DNA of 38,827 nt from positions 1 through 38,827 of the forward strand of contig JBHLSH010000032.1 in assembly GCA_048881705.1 (NCBI GenBank), read 5' to 3'. The position numbers and the translations under genes are program-made. The notes under the pieces are model-generated. The model was not told the origin of the DNA. It saw nothing but the letters and a program-made list of their open reading frames with translations, and ran no database searches. The stretch's first letter is position 1; every line of letters begins with the position of its first letter. This DNA is from Candidatus Heimdallarchaeota archaeon (lineage in GTDB: Archaea; Asgardarchaeota; Heimdallarchaeia; Hodarchaeales; Hodarchaeaceae). This document shows positions 35,912 through 38,827 of the stretch, piece after piece.

Positions 35912-36213
35912 TATTGAACAACCATACCATAGAGGTATCTTTGCTTAGATCTGGTCCCATGAGCAAAAGTTATTTTCTTTTTTGATTAGGATTATTCACC
36001 TAGGTAGATCCTAAAGCCTTTAGGTGAACTGCCTTGGTAAATTCCTCTAGTTCGACTCGGGCACTAATTCTTGCTCTATACATAAGAAATGCTTAATTAA
36101 ATCATGCGATGATATATATAATAACGGATTAAATAAACAACAATTAAGAGTCATTAATCCCCTTTCATCTTGGAAAGCGTTCTAATTGAGCATTATTTCA
36201 CTTGGTTGAATCT

Positions 36214-37161
36214 ATGACAGATTACGATATGATTATCGTTGGTGCAGGACCTGCAGGGATGGCAGCTGCCATTTATGGATCCCGAATGGGATGGAAGGTT
36301 CTAGTCTTAGAAAAGGAGGCAGTAGGAGGACTCGCAGCGAAAACTCCTTTTATTGAAAATTATCCTGGATTTGAATATGTTACTGGATTAGAATTCGGAG
36401 AACGCCTTCGGAAACAAGCGGAAAAATTCGGGGCGGAAATCCAAGAACTCGTGGAAGTTACCGATGTCATTTCACACGATAGAACTCACGAAGTAGTAAC
36501 AACTTCGGGTACTTTCACATGTAAAGTGGTCATATTAGCTATGGGAACCTATCACAAACACCTCGATGTTCCAGGTGAACAGGAGTTTGATGGCAAAGGA
36601 GTTTCCTACTGTGCAACCTGTGATGGGGCTCTCTACAGACAAAAAAAAGTTGCTGTGGTTGGAGGCGGAAATTCAGCGGTTACAGAAGCTCTTTATCTTG
36701 ATAACGTCGTTAGAGAGGTCTATCTAATACACCGACGGGATCAATTACGGGCGGAGGATAAACTACAAGACCAGATTCTTAACAATAGCAGGGTAAACAT
36801 GGTCTGGGATTCCGTAGTAACGCAAATCAAAGGTTCAGATACTGGGGGAGTGAAGAGTATTGCTCTTAAAAATGTTAAATCTGGTGAAGAGTCCTCCATT
36901 CGTGTTAAAGCCGTCTTCGTAGCAATCGGAATTATCCCGTCGAATGGATTAGCCAAAAAAATTGGTGTTGAGTTAACTCAAGGTGGACTCATAAAGGTAG
37001 ACAATAAACAACGAACTAGTGTCCCCCGTATTTATGCTTGTGGAGATATCACACCTGGACAAGGACAGATTTCTGTGGCTGTTGGTGAGGGTACTACTGC
37101 AGCGATTTCAGCCTTTCTGGATATGAAGGGCGGCGATTGGTATGGTGAAGAGACCAATTAG
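36214..37161 (+). CDS. trxB: Thioredoxin reductase (low-Mr TrxB type)
   Basis: IVGAGPAG, IENYPGF, GKGVSYCATCDG, VVGGGNSA, HRRDQLRA, YACGDI. Confidence 0.94.
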   Translation: MTDYDMIIVGAGPAGMAAAIYGSRMGWKVLVLEKEAVGGLAAKTPFIENYPGFEYVTGLEFGERLRKQAEKFGAEIQELVEVTDVISHDRTHEVVTTSGTFTCKVVILAMGTYHKHLDVPGEQEFDGKGVSYCATCDGALYRQKKVAVVGGGNSAVTEALYLDNVVREVYLIHRRDQLRAEDKLQDQILNNSRVNMVWDSVVTQIKGSDTGGVKSIALKNVKSGEESSIRVKAVFVAIGIIPSNGLAKKIGVELTQGGLIKVDNKQRTSVPRIYACGDITPGQGQISVAVGEGTTAAISAFLDMKGGDWYGEETN

Positions 37162-37202
37162 TAGTTCTGCTGATTATAGAGAATATATCCCGTGGCTCCA
37201 AA

Positions 37203-37733
37203 TTGAATTCTAGTGACCATTCTTTCTCGGTAACAATAAATAGGAATGCAAGTCATTTTTGCGCCAGTCATGCATTGGTACTAGACGAATATGTTGAAGG
37301 GCTACACGGGCATAACTATCGGGTGGAAGTGGAGATCACGGGTAACGTATCAGCAGAAGGCATTCTGATAGATTTTATCTTTCTCGATGAGCTTATAAAG
37401 CAATTACTATCTGAATGGGATCATTACACACTATTTCCTTTGCATAATCCAAGAATTAGCGTTCTAACTTCAGAACTGGATCACAATCTCCAAATCAGGT
37501 ATGCAGATCGGATCTATTCAATCCCAAAAGCAGAAGTTAAACTTCTCCCTTGTCGAAACGTCACCACGGAAACACTGTCTCGGCTTTTAAATGAAAAACT
37601 CGCCGAAACGTTGCAGAGCCACCCTTCATGGGAACAAATCTATTCGATAACGGTCACAATTTGGGAGACGCAATACTATAAAGCAAGCTACACGTTTACA
37701 CGAGACGATCCCACTCTTGCCAAAACCTATTAA
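37203..37733 (+). CDS. COG0720 T-fold enzyme (QueD/PTPS family) with the PTPS-III-type motif ExxHGH
   Basis: F.ASH, EGLHGHNY (no Cys four residues before HGH), IDF..L, WDH, TTE.L, VTIWET; TTG start. Confidence 0.85.
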   Translation: MNSSDHSFSVTINRNASHFCASHALVLDEYVEGLHGHNYRVEVEITGNVSAEGILIDFIFLDELIKQLLSEWDHYTLFPLHNPRISVLTSELDHNLQIRYADRIYSIPKAEVKLLPCRNVTTETLSRLLNEKLAETLQSHPSWEQIYSITVTIWETQYYKASYTFTRDDPTLAKTY

Positions 37734-38502
37734 CAGGAATTCGTGTAAAGCCAGGGATTTCTTCCCCTTTTTCAGTAAGATTATATCTCAATCCCTTATG
37801 ATTAGAATATGAGGATGAAATAATACGGAGAGCAACTTCAAACTTTCTAATTTTATGACTAGTAGATTTTTGGAGAGGAGAATTGTAAATACTGTATTTT
37901 CCGATCTGGTTCCCAAAATCAAATCCTATTAAGGCTATTAATGGAGATTGAAAATGCATGGCCAAACAGATAGCTCTGTCGCCATCTGTAAAACCTCCAA
38001 AGTTCCATAAACGTTCGGGGTATGTTTGTGTTGTGCCCCACACAAAATAATTAGAAAATTCGGGCCCATAAACCTCACAAAATGATTTTACAAGATGGAT
38101 ATTGTCCCCATGAGCGTGTATTAAAATGATTGAACCATTCTTCATTGCCCATTCAATTGCAGCAGGGTCTCCGTCAAGATCTGTTAGCACAACCTGGGGA
38201 ACCAAAGATTTCTTCTTCAATAAGGATGTAGCCCCATCTGCTGAAATTAACCAAAATTTACGTAATCCTTTTGTAATCATTAACAGTTCAAAGTCTCTTT
38301 CCAAGGAAGGCCCCGCACCAGCGATAATTATTGGATATTGAAGTATTGCGATTAATTTGTCTGAAATCGTTTTTTCACGATTCGATGCATGCTTTAGTAG
38401 GATTTCCTCAAGTTGATGAGCACAATATAAGTCAGATTGGAGATCAAGCCCTAACTCTTGAACGATGTACTGGTATTCAGTTTTCCATGTTTTCCAGTCC
38501 AT
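37696..38502 (-). CDS. mptE: 6-hydroxymethyl-7,8-dihydropterin pyrophosphokinase MptE (DUF115)
   Basis: W...YQYI...LG, GAGPSL, ADGAT..L, TDLDG, HAHGDN, GTTQ, NFGGFTDGDRA, GFDFG, KIRKFE.A; probable start ATG 38502. Confidence 0.92.
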   Translation of the reverse strand: MDWKTWKTEYQYIVQELGLDLQSDLYCAHQLEEILLKHASNREKTISDKLIAILQYPIIIAGAGPSLERDFELLMITKGLRKFWLISADGATSLLKKKSLVPQVVLTDLDGDPAAIEWAMKNGSIILIHAHGDNIHLVKSFCEVYGPEFSNYFVWGTTQTYPERLWNFGGFTDGDRAICLAMHFQSPLIALIGFDFGNQIGKYSIYNSPLQKSTSHKIRKFEVALRIISSSYSNHKGLRYNLTEKGEEIPGFTRIPVNRFWQEWDRLV

Positions 38503-38827
38503 TATAACAGTCCCAACCAAAAATGAAATGATCTTGAATCAGCCTTTTCATCCCTTGATAAGAATCGACTCTTCTGCATTAAAAATCATGAATATGGACA
38601 AGGATCCCTGGGGGAAACCTTTGAAGTCCATTATAAAAACAATGGCCTCTCCGCATCCCTAATATCCAAGTAAATGGACATGAGGATCCTGTTTCCGGGT
38701 TCCCGGAATGAAGATATTCCTTCATATCTTTCGGAATGAGACCGGGTGTTACTCGAGCCCTATGAACGGGCAATACCCGTTTTCTGATGTTCCCGTAAGC
38801 TCGCGCATAACAGTACAGATCAGAACG

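Noticed and set aside
36000-36083. 27-aa minus-strand ORF (MYRARISARVELEEFTKAVHLKALGST) upstream of the HerA-longin gene
   Set aside because: Too short to support without conservation or Ribo-seq data.
38579-38827. Minus-strand frame open to the window edge
   Set aside because: No recognisable motif, and competing frames are also open; the true gene cannot be determined from this window.
1-38827. Mobile elements, rRNA and integration at the tRNA genes
   Set aside because: No transposase, integrase, terminal inverted repeats, duplicated tRNA 3' ends or rRNA-like sequence were seen.

Overview
Archaeal chromosomal window, most likely from an Asgard archaeon (Heimdallarchaeia-like). This is inferred from eL22, an ARPC4-like gene, roadblock and longin domains and a GF-type C-terminal sorting tail. 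The left two-thirds is housekeeping: tRNA-Pro(GGG), AMA-type AAA ATPase, Trm-G10, LonB, three intron-bearing tRNA-Arg genes, two radical SAM enzymes, eL22, eL38, Nob1, NAD kinase, aIF5A, the proteasome/exosome superoperon, NcsA, Cdc48 and aEF-1beta. From about 22.7 to 35.9 kb lies a block of eukaryotic-signature and cell-surface genes: roadblock, ARPC4-like, an orphan type IV pilin, a membrane-anchored double winged-helix regulator, two C-terminally anchored surface proteins, and a convergent pair of large longin fusions (a ~12-TM membrane protein and a HerA/FtsK-type ATPase). The window ends with TrxB, a PTPS-III-type enzyme and MptE. Strongest leads: the HerA-longin/membrane-longin pair, the ARPC4-like gene, and five tRNA introns, three of them at non-canonical positions, one apparently only 10 nt. 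No mobile element or CRISPR array was seen. All family calls come from motif recognition by eye; no searches were run.
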